Below are positions 30,569 through 39,218 of a stretch of 44,097 bases of DNA, piece after piece. The stretch lies in NCBI GenBank assembly GCA_052168235.1, contig JBQLZK010000062.1, positions 1 through 44,097 on the forward strand. The letters are read 5' to 3'. The notes under the pieces are model-generated. The model worked only from the letters and a program-made list of their open reading frames with translations. It was not told the origin of the DNA and searched no databases. Position 1 is the first letter of the stretch, and every line of letters begins with the position of its first letter. The position numbers and the translations under genes are program-made. This DNA comes from Thainema sp. (GTDB lineage: Bacteria; Cyanobacteriota; Cyanobacteriia; Phormidesmidales; Phormidesmidaceae).

Positions 30569-31264
30569 CTAATATTTCTGCATCTCTTTCGCGGTTGTGC
30601 CCGATGCTGTGGCGTCGGCGTATTTGGCGTAGGCTTGGATGTGGAACTCGGCAGGCTGCATCGTTTCCTGCATGACCGGATGAGCCTGCATGGTTTCCCA
30701 CCACTGCTGGAGCATTGTGCATTCGTCGGGAATCGAGATATGGCGGTAATGCGCGATCGCAGGCCAGCGTTCAAACCAGGGGGCAAAGGAAATGTCCACT
30801 AAACTCAGCTCAGAGCCAAGCCAGTAGGGGCCACCATTGGAGAATTTGCGGAGTCCTTCGTTTTCCATAAACCGCAGATGGTTTTGCAGTTCGTCGCTCC
30901 ATTCCTGCTGTTTGGCCGGATCTTGGGAGAGCAGCAGCTTGTAAAACGCGGTCGTGAACTTGGAGTTAGCGAACTCAATCCAAATGCGCGCCAGTGCTCG
31001 CTGACCGGGATCGGTGGGCATCAGGTGCGGTTCTGGAAAGACTTCGTCCAGATATTCATTGATGATGGCGGATTCCCAGATCCGGTTTTCGCCGTGCTTT
31101 AGCACCGGAACCTTGCCATAGGGCGAAATGTCCAGAAAATTGGCGGGTTTGTTCTGCAAATCAATCTCATTTAGGTCAAAATCAATCCCTTTGATCATCA
31201 GCGTCATGCGGCTGCGCTGAGCATAGGGACAGACATGAGCGCTATAAATTTGCACAGGTGCCAT
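30569..31264 (-). CDS. Glutathione S-transferase family protein (Cys-containing, omega-like)
   Basis: CPYAQR, SPYGKVPVL, ESAIINEYLDE and SLVDI motifs. Confidence 0.92.
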   Translation of the reverse strand: MAPVQIYSAHVCPYAQRSRMTLMIKGIDFDLNEIDLQNKPANFLDISPYGKVPVLKHGENRIWESAIINEYLDEVFPEPHLMPTDPGQRALARIWIEFANSKFTTAFYKLLLSQDPAKQQEWSDELQNHLRFMENEGLRKFSNGGPYWLGSELSLVDISFAPWFERWPAIAHYRHISIPDECTMLQQWWETMQAHPVMQETMQPAEFHIQAYAKYADATASGTTAKEMQKY

Positions 31265-31349
31265 CGGAAATTGCCTCGCGGATTTCAGTGTGAATAGGTT
31301 TCTCCCTTTACAATTTATCTGCTGAGTTCACATTTGCCCGGTCTGCCCC

Positions 31350-32705
31350 ATGACTGATATTGATCTCAAGGTCACGACGTATGAGCGCGATCGCACATCG
31401 ATCAACACCATTCGCACCCAGGTTTTTCAGCTTGAACAGGGCGTCGATCCGGCGTTGGAGTTCGACGGTCAGGATGAAACAGCGCAGCATGTGGTGGCTT
31501 ATGTGGACGGGCAACCTGCCGCAACGGCGCGGATTCGGCAGCTAACACCTCATTTAGCCAAGCTGGAACGGGTGGCCGTTTTACAGCATTTTCGCGGTTT
31601 GGGCTTGGGTAAGCAGGTGACGCTGAAGGCGCTGGGTTGGATGCGATCGCAGTCGATTTCGACCGTCAAGATTCACGCTCAGACCCCCGTGCAGGGATTT
31701 TATGAGAAGCTGGGGTTTGTGCCGCGCGGTGAGGGGTTTGAGGAAGCGGGCATTCCCCACATTGAAATGTTTAAAGTGCTGACACCGCGCATCGTGTCGC
31801 TGATTCCCAGTGCGACGGAAATTGTGGACTGCTTGGGTTTGACGGATTATTTAGTGGCGCGATCTCACGAGTGCGACTATCCGGCTGCGGTGCAAAATCT
31901 GCCTGCCTGCACTCATCCTAAGTTCAATCCCGACGGCACCAGCGGCGAAATTCACGACCGGGTGACGAACCTGCTGCAAACCGCACTCAGCGTTTACCAA
32001 ATTGCCACTGAGGTACTGGAAACGCTCCAGCCGACGCACATTTTGACCCAGGCGCAGTGCGAGGTTTGTGCAGTGAGTCTAGCCGATGTGGAGCAGGCAG
32101 TGACCGAGCTGACCCATAGTTACGCGCAGATTATCTCGCTTCAGCCCAGTACGCTGGCCGAGGTGTGGCAGGATATTCAGCGGGTGGCGGATTGTTTGGG
32201 TGTAGGGGAAAGGGGAAGAGATGCGATCGCATCTCTCCAACACCGAGTCACTAGCATTCAAACCCAAACTCAGAACATTTCAAAATCCGACCGTCCCCGC
32301 ATCGCCTGCATCGAGTGGACAGATCCGCTGATGGCAGCAGGCAACTGGATTCTAGAACTCGTCGATCTCGCAGGCGGAATCTCTCTATTCGGCACGGTTG
32401 GCGAACACTCACCCTGGCTGAACTGGCAGGAGCTAATCGCGGCGAACCCAGACGTACTGGTGATCATGCCCTGCGGGTATGATTTGCATCAAACGCAGCA
32501 GGACGTGGAAAACCTGCGCCGCCATTCGGCCTGGTCTTCTCTGACCGCTGTGCAATCGGGGCAGGTGTACATTACAGACGGCAACCAGTACTTCAACCGC
32601 CCAGGGCCACGCCTAGTTGATTCACTGGAAATTCTGGCCGAAATCCTGCACCCGTTACGGTTTCGGTTCGGCTATGAAGAAACAGGTTGGCAAAAGCTGG
32701 CGTAA
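31350..32705 (+). CDS. Fusion: ElaA/YjcF-like GNAT acetyltransferase + BtuF/TroA-like ('cobalamin-binding') domain
   Basis: aa ~1-143 carry IRTQVFQLEQGV, ERVAVL..FRGLGLG, HAQ, FYEKLGF and FEEAGIPHIEM. aa ~147-451 carry RIVSLIPSATEIV, RSHECDYP, IEWTDP, MPCGY and DGNQYFNRPGPRLVDSLEILAEILHP. Single uninterrupted frame. Confidence 0.88.
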   Translation: MTDIDLKVTTYERDRTSINTIRTQVFQLEQGVDPALEFDGQDETAQHVVAYVDGQPAATARIRQLTPHLAKLERVAVLQHFRGLGLGKQVTLKALGWMRSQSISTVKIHAQTPVQGFYEKLGFVPRGEGFEEAGIPHIEMFKVLTPRIVSLIPSATEIVDCLGLTDYLVARSHECDYPAAVQNLPACTHPKFNPDGTSGEIHDRVTNLLQTALSVYQIATEVLETLQPTHILTQAQCEVCAVSLADVEQAVTELTHSYAQIISLQPSTLAEVWQDIQRVADCLGVGERGRDAIASLQHRVTSIQTQTQNISKSDRPRIACIEWTDPLMAAGNWILELVDLAGGISLFGTVGEHSPWLNWQELIAANPDVLVIMPCGYDLHQTQQDVENLRRHSAWSSLTAVQSGQVYITDGNQYFNRPGPRLVDSLEILAEILHPLRFRFGYEETGWQKLA

Positions 32706-32747
32706 CTGGAGCGCATCCTAATGTAAAACCGAAACCATCCTTGTAAA

Positions 32748-32779
32748 CGTTGGGTTTCGCGTTGCTCAACCCAACCTAC
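32748..32779 (-). repeat. GTAG-type REP-like hairpin
   Basis: Minus strand reads GTAG-GTTGGGTT-GAGCAACGCGA-AACCCAAC-G. Confidence 0.75.
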
Positions 32780-32821
32780 TAGCGCTGCCTCCTTGCTCCT
32801 CACTCCTCTCGCCTTACCCTC

Positions 32822-33205
32822 CTACCGACTTGCCCGATTCAACGCCGTAATCCGCTCTGCACTAGCGAACACGTCTCGACCATGCAGCTCAGGTAGCGGC
32901 GGACTAGCTTCGATTTTGAGCACATTTTCAACGTTGATAAAAACGGTTTGCTCCGGCAATTGAAAGATCCACCACGGCGATTCCAGCATATGACGAATAT
33001 TCAGTTGCAACTGCTGCTCAGTGACCGCATCTTCTCCCACTGGCTGATGAACCATGAACGATTCAGTGTGCCCGTCTTTGTAATAAATGGTTAGCTGGGT
33101 TGGGTAAGTTTGGCTCTCTTCGCTATACACGGGCTGTTGTCTCCTCTGCGGATCGAAATAACTCACGCTGCTGATCATATCGAGGAGCGATTTGGCTGCT
33201 AACAA
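32822..33205 (-). CDS. Hypothetical protein
   Basis: Plausible small beta-rich ORF (LTIYYKDGHTESF...VFINVENVLKIE). Start uncertain (33178 or 33166 are possible). Confidence 0.7.
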   Translation of the reverse strand: MLAAKSLLDMISSVSYFDPQRRQQPVYSEESQTYPTQLTIYYKDGHTESFMVHQPVGEDAVTEQQLQLNIRHMLESPWWIFQLPEQTVFINVENVLKIEASPPLPELHGRDVFASAERITALNRASR

Positions 33206-33232
33206 TGAGACAAATACTGTTACATTGCGCCG

Positions 33233-33811
33233 TTAGCGAACCTGTCTGGAACTGGAAACGATTTGATGACAGCTCGCACAAGAGCCAACCTGCACGGGCG
33301 TTTCAAATTCAACGTCTGGATGAAGTGCTTGGAAAAATCGCGATCGCGCCACTCGATAGGTTAAAGGTTCATTGTCTTCATATAGTCGAGAAAAGGTTTG
33401 CAGATATTCCCACATGGCCTGCTGTCGGAGGCTATCGGGCAGTTGAATCTGCCGCCCATAGTGTTGGGAGGAGGTAATAATTTCTCGCCATGCCTGACTG
33501 GGAAGCACCTGAGGCGGCAACGCGACATGGCAGCTTCCGCACTGTTGGATATAGATTTCTGCACCAAGCTGATACTGGGCGGGGATCGGGTCAACGGGCT
33601 GAGCAAACTGCTGGATATCGGGCTGAGCAATTGAATCCAGTTGAGCATGAGCGAGTCCCCAGCCTAATCCGCCGCTCCATAGCAACACCGCCGTGAAGAT
33701 AACGACGGGTGCGAGCTTAAATCGCTGCTGACTAGGTTGGAGCGTAGATTTGAACACCGATATAAGCTGAACCAAAAAACGCTGTAGGCGACGGATCATG
33801 GGTTGAATCAC
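33233..33811 (-). CDS. Di-haem cytochrome c (DHC-like), exported
   Basis: Two CxxCH motifs (CGSCH, CASCH), PP.VLP...W, HYG and FQALHP. Signal peptide ending AHA-Q. Confidence 0.85.
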   Translation of the reverse strand: MIQPMIRRLQRFLVQLISVFKSTLQPSQQRFKLAPVVIFTAVLLWSGGLGWGLAHAQLDSIAQPDIQQFAQPVDPIPAQYQLGAEIYIQQCGSCHVALPPQVLPSQAWREIITSSQHYGRQIQLPDSLRQQAMWEYLQTFSRLYEDNEPLTYRVARSRFFQALHPDVEFETPVQVGSCASCHQIVSSSRQVR

Positions 33812-34148
33812 AGAAAACGGTACTCCTCAGAATGTCATGATGCCACGAGCTTTTTACTTAGGACATACTTACAGTCCTGAATTTTCAGATTATCCTGATT
33901 AGAGATGTGGGCTTTACAGTTATTAATGTGTGGCCACTCCTTTGCACCTTACTGGAATCCTTTTGGATTTTGGTACAGGATGCGAGGCTATCAAGATTGG
34001 GTATCGACATTATGACGATGCAAGCTTGGACGATGTAAGTCGGCCTGAAGTTTCAGCAATTGGCCCGCTTGATGGTGTTTTACTGATCACGTTTTACTGA
34101 TTGCGTTTAATTAAACAAGCGTTTGTGTTAAAGGGAAATCAGCCAAGC

Positions 34149-34619
34149 ATGGATTGTCGTCATATTCAGTTCCAATACAGTCAGTCAGTATCGGATATTC
34201 CTTTAGACCAGCTCCAAGCATTGTTTCAAACAGCGGCGTTCTGGGCCAAGCATCGCGATATTCCAGGACTTGCGATCGCAATTGAAAACAGTAATCCCGT
34301 TGTCACCGTTTGGGATCATCAGCGGCTGATCGGCTTTGCCCGAGCCACGTCTGATGGTATTTACCGGGCAACGATTTGGGACGTGGTCATTCATCCGGAC
34401 TATCAGGGCGCAGGCTTGGGCCGCAAGCTGGTGCAAACGGTGCTCAGCCATCCCAAGGTCAGCCAGGTTGAGCGTGTGTATCTGATGACGACCAACCAGC
34501 AAGAGTTCTACAAGCGCATTGGCTTTGACCTCAATGCCACCACGACACTGGTGCTGCACAATCAGCCGATGGAAGAACTGCCGACGCCCGTATCGACCGA
34601 GGTTTCGCACGGGTCATAA
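34149..34619 (+). CDS. GNAT N-acetyltransferase (Ycf52-like)
   Basis: LIGFARATSDG, ATIWDVVIHPDYQGAGLG and FYKRIGF motifs. ATG 34149. Confidence 0.9.
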   Translation: MDCRHIQFQYSQSVSDIPLDQLQALFQTAAFWAKHRDIPGLAIAIENSNPVVTVWDHQRLIGFARATSDGIYRATIWDVVIHPDYQGAGLGRKLVQTVLSHPKVSQVERVYLMTTNQQEFYKRIGFDLNATTTLVLHNQPMEELPTPVSTEVSHGS

Positions 34620-34628
34620 GCTGGAAAT

Positions 34629-34667
34629 ATCAAAGCGGGTCGTCGCGATGCGGCGACCCGCTTTGAT
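34629..34667. terminator. Hairpin between convergent genes
   Basis: ATCAAAGCGGGTCG...CGACCCGCTTTGAT. Confidence 0.65.
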
Positions 34668-34692
34668 GTTGGCGTTAAATAATGACGTGATG

Positions 34693-35226
34693 TTATTCGC
34701 CGTAAAAGTGGCCGTCGGGTAAGACAGTAGTGCGATCGCAGATTGCTAGTTCGAGAGTAACTCCCTTAGCCCGGAACAAGTTGCAGTTTTGCATCTGGGC
34801 TTGCTGTAAAACTGCGCCCTCTAAATTGGCTTCTTGCAAATCGGCTCCATTCAAATTGGCCCCGCGTAAATCGGCCCCACGTAAATCGGCCCCCCGTAAA
34901 CTGGCACCTACCAAATCCGCATCTTGCAAGTTACTGCGCTGCAAAATACAGCGAAACAGGTTAGCCTGCGCCAGTTTGGCCGCACTCAGCACTGCGCCAT
35001 ACAGATTAGCGTTGCTCATTTCAGCCCCAGACAAATCCGCCTGACTCAAGTTCGCCTGACTGAAATTGGCATAAGCCATATCTGCTCGCCGGATACAGCT
35101 CTGCGTCAAATTAATCTGGCGCAAATCGCGATCAAACAGATTGCAGTTCACAATTTCCAAATTTGAAAAATCGCGCTGCCCATCACTATAGGCTTGAATA
35201 AGCTGTTCCGCACTAATTTGGCGCAT
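34693..35226 (-). CDS. Pentapeptide repeat protein
   Basis: Y..GQRDF N-cap, tandem A(D/N)LxX repeats and C-terminal TVLPDG. ATG 35226 preferred. Confidence 0.92.
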   Translation of the reverse strand: MRQISAEQLIQAYSDGQRDFSNLEIVNCNLFDRDLRQINLTQSCIRRADMAYANFSQANLSQADLSGAEMSNANLYGAVLSAAKLAQANLFRCILQRSNLQDADLVGASLRGADLRGADLRGANLNGADLQEANLEGAVLQQAQMQNCNLFRAKGVTLELAICDRTTVLPDGHFYGE

Positions 35227-35455
35227 ATGCAACATGCAAGAAGATGCCAGGACGAAATTGCCCAACAACACACGCAACAAAAGGCGCTGGTCGCTAGGCT
35301 GAGCATATATACTCAGTACATTCAGATCCTATGGGGTAAGTTGCGTTACAAAGCGTTACTTAATGTTTTTTTCAAAATCTGAAAGGCCAAAGCGTAGGTA
35401 GTATAAGGGTTTAAGAAAACTTATACTTACATAAAGTAGCCTGAATCTCATACCG

Positions 35456-35848
35456 CTAGGGAATCTGCACGGTGAACTGCCCCGGACTGAGCACGGAAAT
35501 GACGCCGCCCCAGGTACACATACATTTGCAGTTGTTATTCAGTGCTGGGAAATTATTGATCAGGACAGTGGGGGAACCCGGTATCCAAGGAGCAGGCGTC
35601 ACCGGAATGCAGGGCATTGGCGTTAAAACACCCAATGCGGCGGCTGTGGCAGCAGCAACGGTGGGATTTGTAACTGTGGTGCACATGCCAAACGGCAAAA
35701 TATTCACGATCGGTGCATGATCCATAATCGTGGCCGCCAACGGCCCCCCATCCATCACCGGCATACCTTTGGGAATAACCATCAGGCTACTGGGAGCCAC
35801 GCCAAAACTGCACTGCAAAGTCGCACCCATCACAACTTGAATCGCCAT
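35456..35848 (-). CDS. DUF4280 PAAR-like spike-tip protein
   Basis: GATLQCSFG, NILPFGMC, PMPCIP...W.PG and CMCTWGGVI motifs. Starts 13 bp after the vgrG stop, with an AGGAG RBS. Confidence 0.92.
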   Translation of the reverse strand: MAIQVVMGATLQCSFGVAPSSLMVIPKGMPVMDGGPLAATIMDHAPIVNILPFGMCTTVTNPTVAAATAAALGVLTPMPCIPVTPAPWIPGSPTVLINNFPALNNNCKCMCTWGGVISVLSPGQFTVQIP

Positions 35849-35861
35849 TGTGCTTACTCCT

Positions 35862-37850
35862 CTAGTTAATCTTGACTAGACTGCCTTTGACGTTGGTGAT
35901 GCCGCTGGCCTGAACGGTGACAATGGCTCCTTCAAAATTGGCGGTGCCTGTTGCTTTTGCTTTAACCTGTAATCCCGTAATTTCGACACCGGAATTGCTA
36001 ATCACAATTTTGTTGCTGCCGACCTTCAGCGTGATATTGGTCGTCGCCTCAATCGTGATGTTGCCGCCATTAATATTGATGTTGTTTGACGTGCCGCTGC
36101 CGCCTGATTTGACGTTGATTTTGCCCTGGGATGTCCAGTCACAGGTTGAGCCATTGTCATCTAGCAGAAACTCATGACCGCCCTGGGTCTTAATTTGAAT
36201 CTTTTTATTCTGGTCATCCAGCTTCAGAAAGTGACCCTCTTTGGTTTTCAGCTCTGCATACTTTTCGGTGTCATTCAAGCTGAGCTGATGGCCGTAGACA
36301 GTTTGGGTATAGACGCCTTTTTTGATAGAGTCTTTATCCTCTTCTACAAAGCGGAGAATATGCCCGGTACGCGTTTTGAAGGTGCGCAGCCGCACTTTGC
36401 CGCCCACCACACTGTCTGCCACCGCTTCGGGCGTGGCATCTTTACCGTTCCAGACGCCACCGATTACGAAGGGGCGGTGGATGTCACCATGCTCAAAGGC
36501 AACCAGGACTTCATCGTTAATCTCCGGCAGACAGTCAAAGCCGCGACTGCTGCCTGCGCCCATGTTGACAACGCGCGCCCAGTTGCTCATGTGTTCTTCG
36601 GTCAGAGTGGGAAACTTAACGCGGACGCGGCCCCAACCTTTGGGATCATTATTATCAGCCACAATGCCAATCATGCAGGTTTGCCCCGGATGAAGCTGGG
36701 TCGGCGGCGATAGCGTTTGCAGCAAGTCACCACCCCGCAGTCCCCGCACGCTGAACTCGGTGATGTAGTGCCGCTCATGAAATAAATGGCGGGTTTCCGT
36801 CACGTAGTACGTGCCGCTGTACTTGCCCATATTGGCCAGTTCAACTAGCTTGCCGGGACGAATTAGAGGATTGCCTTCGCTGCGAGCATCGGCATGAACA
36901 AACTCGCCGCCAAGTTCGTTACATAACGCAGTTGCGATCGCTTTTGCTTCGGTAGATTGTGAAACGGGTCGATCCACCACGATCAGCTTGGGTGAAGTGG
37001 GTTTGCCCTGAAAGCTGCTGCTGGTGCTTCTGCCTGTTCCCGTTTCAGTCGTCGTAAAAACGGTATCGGGGCTGCTAATGACTTCTGAAATGGCTTCCTT
37101 TTTGCTGTAGTCCCAGCCGCGCACCTCGACGCTGCTCACCTGCTCGGCGCTGGTGACGCGCACCCGGAAGCTGTGCAAATCCTTCAGCCATTCCAGGGAT
37201 ACAGTGCTCCCTTTTTGTGGCTTGCGAAAGTTGAGCTTACCGTCCTGCACAAACAGTTCGTAGCCATTGCGCGCGGCGCGATCGCGCAGGAATTCCATAT
37301 TGGTTTGGTTTTCCTGAAACACATAGCCACTGGCCCCGCCAATATCGCCATAGCCGTATGGCCCACCCGTGCTGTCGATCGTCCCCGTCGCGATGCCAAC
37401 CTCTCCAGCAATTTGATTAACGATATCGGTGTCGGTCTTGTTCTGAAATGAGCGGTTGTAGCGCCCTCGATGCAGCCGATGCGAGGCATCGTAACCCCTA
37501 ATGATCAGGGGAGCCTGAGAACCACTGGTGAAGTGGGTTTCAATGGCGGTGATTTCACCCTTTAGGACATTGCCCTGATCGGCTTCATCATAGTCATCCG
37601 ACTCGGTGGCGCTGGAGATAAATCCAATTTCAATTGTTTTGCCAATTTCAAACAACGACTCGTGTTTCCAGGCTTCATCTTCGTCTCGGCCTGGAAAGTA
37701 GTCGTTCTTGATCACCAGCGTAAACATGCCAGGTAGATGCAAACTTTCCTCAACTGAAATTTGCAGGATATCCTCCAGCAGGTCGGCAGAGGCATCCTGG
37801 CCATCAATTTTCAGGATTGGCTTGGCGATATAAGACGTTGCAGTTGGCAT
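35862..37850 (-). CDS. vgrG: VgrG-related spike protein (gp27 hub + gp5 OB-fold + beta-helix), eCIS type
   Basis: Late-control-D-like region (GYDASHRLHRGR, QENQTNMEFL..RA, VEVRGWD), gp5 OB region (DPKGWGRVRVKFP, WARV, LPEINDEVLVAFEHGD..RPFVIG), T..GH...DD repeats and C-terminal VKIN. Confidence 0.92.
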   Translation of the reverse strand: MPTATSYIAKPILKIDGQDASADLLEDILQISVEESLHLPGMFTLVIKNDYFPGRDEDEAWKHESLFEIGKTIEIGFISSATESDDYDEADQGNVLKGEITAIETHFTSGSQAPLIIRGYDASHRLHRGRYNRSFQNKTDTDIVNQIAGEVGIATGTIDSTGGPYGYGDIGGASGYVFQENQTNMEFLRDRAARNGYELFVQDGKLNFRKPQKGSTVSLEWLKDLHSFRVRVTSAEQVSSVEVRGWDYSKKEAISEVISSPDTVFTTTETGTGRSTSSSFQGKPTSPKLIVVDRPVSQSTEAKAIATALCNELGGEFVHADARSEGNPLIRPGKLVELANMGKYSGTYYVTETRHLFHERHYITEFSVRGLRGGDLLQTLSPPTQLHPGQTCMIGIVADNNDPKGWGRVRVKFPTLTEEHMSNWARVVNMGAGSSRGFDCLPEINDEVLVAFEHGDIHRPFVIGGVWNGKDATPEAVADSVVGGKVRLRTFKTRTGHILRFVEEDKDSIKKGVYTQTVYGHQLSLNDTEKYAELKTKEGHFLKLDDQNKKIQIKTQGGHEFLLDDNGSTCDWTSQGKINVKSGGSGTSNNININGGNITIEATTNITLKVGSNKIVISNSGVEITGLQVKAKATGTANFEGAIVTVQASGITNVKGSLVKIN

Positions 37851-37954
37851 AAAGCAAAGACGGCAGCAACACAGTCGGTGGCTAAAAGGTGATGGGAGGT
37901 CAAAAGTCAGAAATTTTTGACCGTTGGTTGTAAGTCCTTCTGTTGGGGGATTCT

Positions 37955-38677
37955 ATGCAACCTGCTCAGTCAATACCATTCGACAAAGGTCGAATACGCA
38001 TCTGGGTTGGCCGCAGTATGGAAAAGCTATTTGTCAGGGGCACAGTATACCCAATTGAGGACTATCTGCCTCTGCCTAAAAAAAATATTGCCGATTCACC
38101 GCTACAGAATCGTTGGAAAGTTTTATTCAGACAGCATTTTGCTCAAATTGCCCCCGTTCTGGGTACAGCTGCTGTGGCAGGATTAATGCTTTTTTCTATA
38201 TGGCTGATGATGGCCTCGACTTTTGCTGACATAGACAAATGGGCGCTGCTACAGCACTACTGGGTCAGTTTACTTGGCGGCAGCTTGATTGTAGTTGCGA
38301 TCGCAAATTTAGCTGCCCGCTATCTGCGTCCCGTTGGCATGTTTCTCTACACCGTTGTTGCCTCATCGCGCCCTCTTCCCTTCGATGTTGCACAGTGGCA
38401 ATCAGCCAGCTATTGCAACGACAGTCATACTCTCAAAGACACCGCACGAGTCCAGATGGTAGACGACCTGCTGCACCAGTACGATTTTGTTGGCTCACCC
38501 TCTACGGCTGTGTTTGCACTGCTGGGACAGCCAACCGAAGTTTCCCTCTTTTCAGAATGGGACATCCTCTACTTTCTAGGCCCCGAACCCGGCTTATTCA
38601 GTACATCTCATCTCTGGCTAGGGTTTCAGCTTGATGATCAGCAGCGAGTGACCAATTGTCAGGTGGTGTCTGACTAG
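37955..38677 (+). CDS. Hypothetical membrane protein with C-terminal SmpA/BamE-like domain
   Basis: Two to three hydrophobic segments, then FD...W...R..MVDDLL...G.....V..LLG.P...Y.LG...WL..F.D...V. The domain call is by pattern only. Confidence 0.7.
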   Translation: MQPAQSIPFDKGRIRIWVGRSMEKLFVRGTVYPIEDYLPLPKKNIADSPLQNRWKVLFRQHFAQIAPVLGTAAVAGLMLFSIWLMMASTFADIDKWALLQHYWVSLLGGSLIVVAIANLAARYLRPVGMFLYTVVASSRPLPFDVAQWQSASYCNDSHTLKDTARVQMVDDLLHQYDFVGSPSTAVFALLGQPTEVSLFSEWDILYFLGPEPGLFSTSHLWLGFQLDDQQRVTNCQVVSD

Positions 38678-38689
38678 GTGAGTTGGGGG

Positions 38690-38830
38690 AGTATGGTTGA
38701 GTGCTGAGTACTGGGTTTTAAGTTTTGGGTACTGGTTACTAGGTACTAGGTACTGGTCTTTTGTAGCCTTCTACAGCCCTTTACAGTCTCTACAGCCCTT
38801 TTAACCCTCACTCCTCTCGCCTCACTCTGA
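38690..38830. repeat. Degenerate short tandem repeats (STRR-like)
   Basis: GTACTAG/GTACTGG heptamers and TACAGCCCT-type ~10-mers. The stretch CCTCACTCCTCTCGCCT also occurs near 32799-32815. Confidence 0.55.
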
Positions 38831-38935
38831 TTAAATGCTGATATCTAGATTCAACGGCTGGGAACTTCTAATGTAAAGCTGATTGCAAACCGAGAGTGTG
38901 CCGAAAAGTGCCCTCTCGGTTTGTATCTACAGTTT

Positions 38936-39000
38936 ATGCAACTAATTCTCAACAAATTTATTGCAAATCTATTGCAATAGCCCCTTTGGTCAGTTATGCT
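38936..39000 (+). promoter_or_regulatory. Promoter with tandem Fur-box-like dyads
   Basis: The perfect dyad TATTGCAA-ATCTA-TTGCAATA (38959-38979) overlaps a -35 TTGCAA (38972-38977), followed by 17 nt and a -10 TATGCT (38995-39000). A second dyad, ATGCAA-N5-TCTCAA, is at 38936-38952. Confidence 0.65.
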
Positions 39001-39218
39001 CGTTAGTGTTGGCTTGCATCTAGAGCAGCCCGGTCAGTGCGTAAAGCGACTGACTTATTCTTTGCCTAATTTTGGGTGCGATCGCAGTGGTTTTACCGAT
39101 TGCAGCGGTTACTGACGGTTTGGTCTAGCTTATCCTGAGCTAACTGAGCCTGGTTCTACGCCTAGCTGTCGCTCAAAGTTGAGAATTACTAGCAGCTAAT
39201 AAGTCAAAATACCACAAC

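Noticed and set aside
125..31264. Glutathione/redox gene theme (gloB, rhodanese, pirin, grxC, GST)
   Set aside because: The genes are scattered on both strands among unrelated loci, which is normal for cyanobacterial genomes.
34693..35226. Pentapeptide protein as effector or adaptor of the VgrG module
   Set aside because: It is the generic cyanobacterial type, separated by ~230 bp with its own candidate regulatory site, and has no toxin motif. Not excluded, but unsupported.
35456..37850. Prophage remnant or recent horizontally acquired island
   Set aside because: No other phage genes, integrase or att-like repeats. HIP1 sites are present in vgrG and composition is similar to its neighbours.
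38690..38830. Possible CRISPR mini-array
   Set aside because: Units are 7-10 bp, tandem and without unique spacers. No cas genes. The same applies to the 11-mer tandem at ~16799-16824 and the heptamers at 42097-42145.
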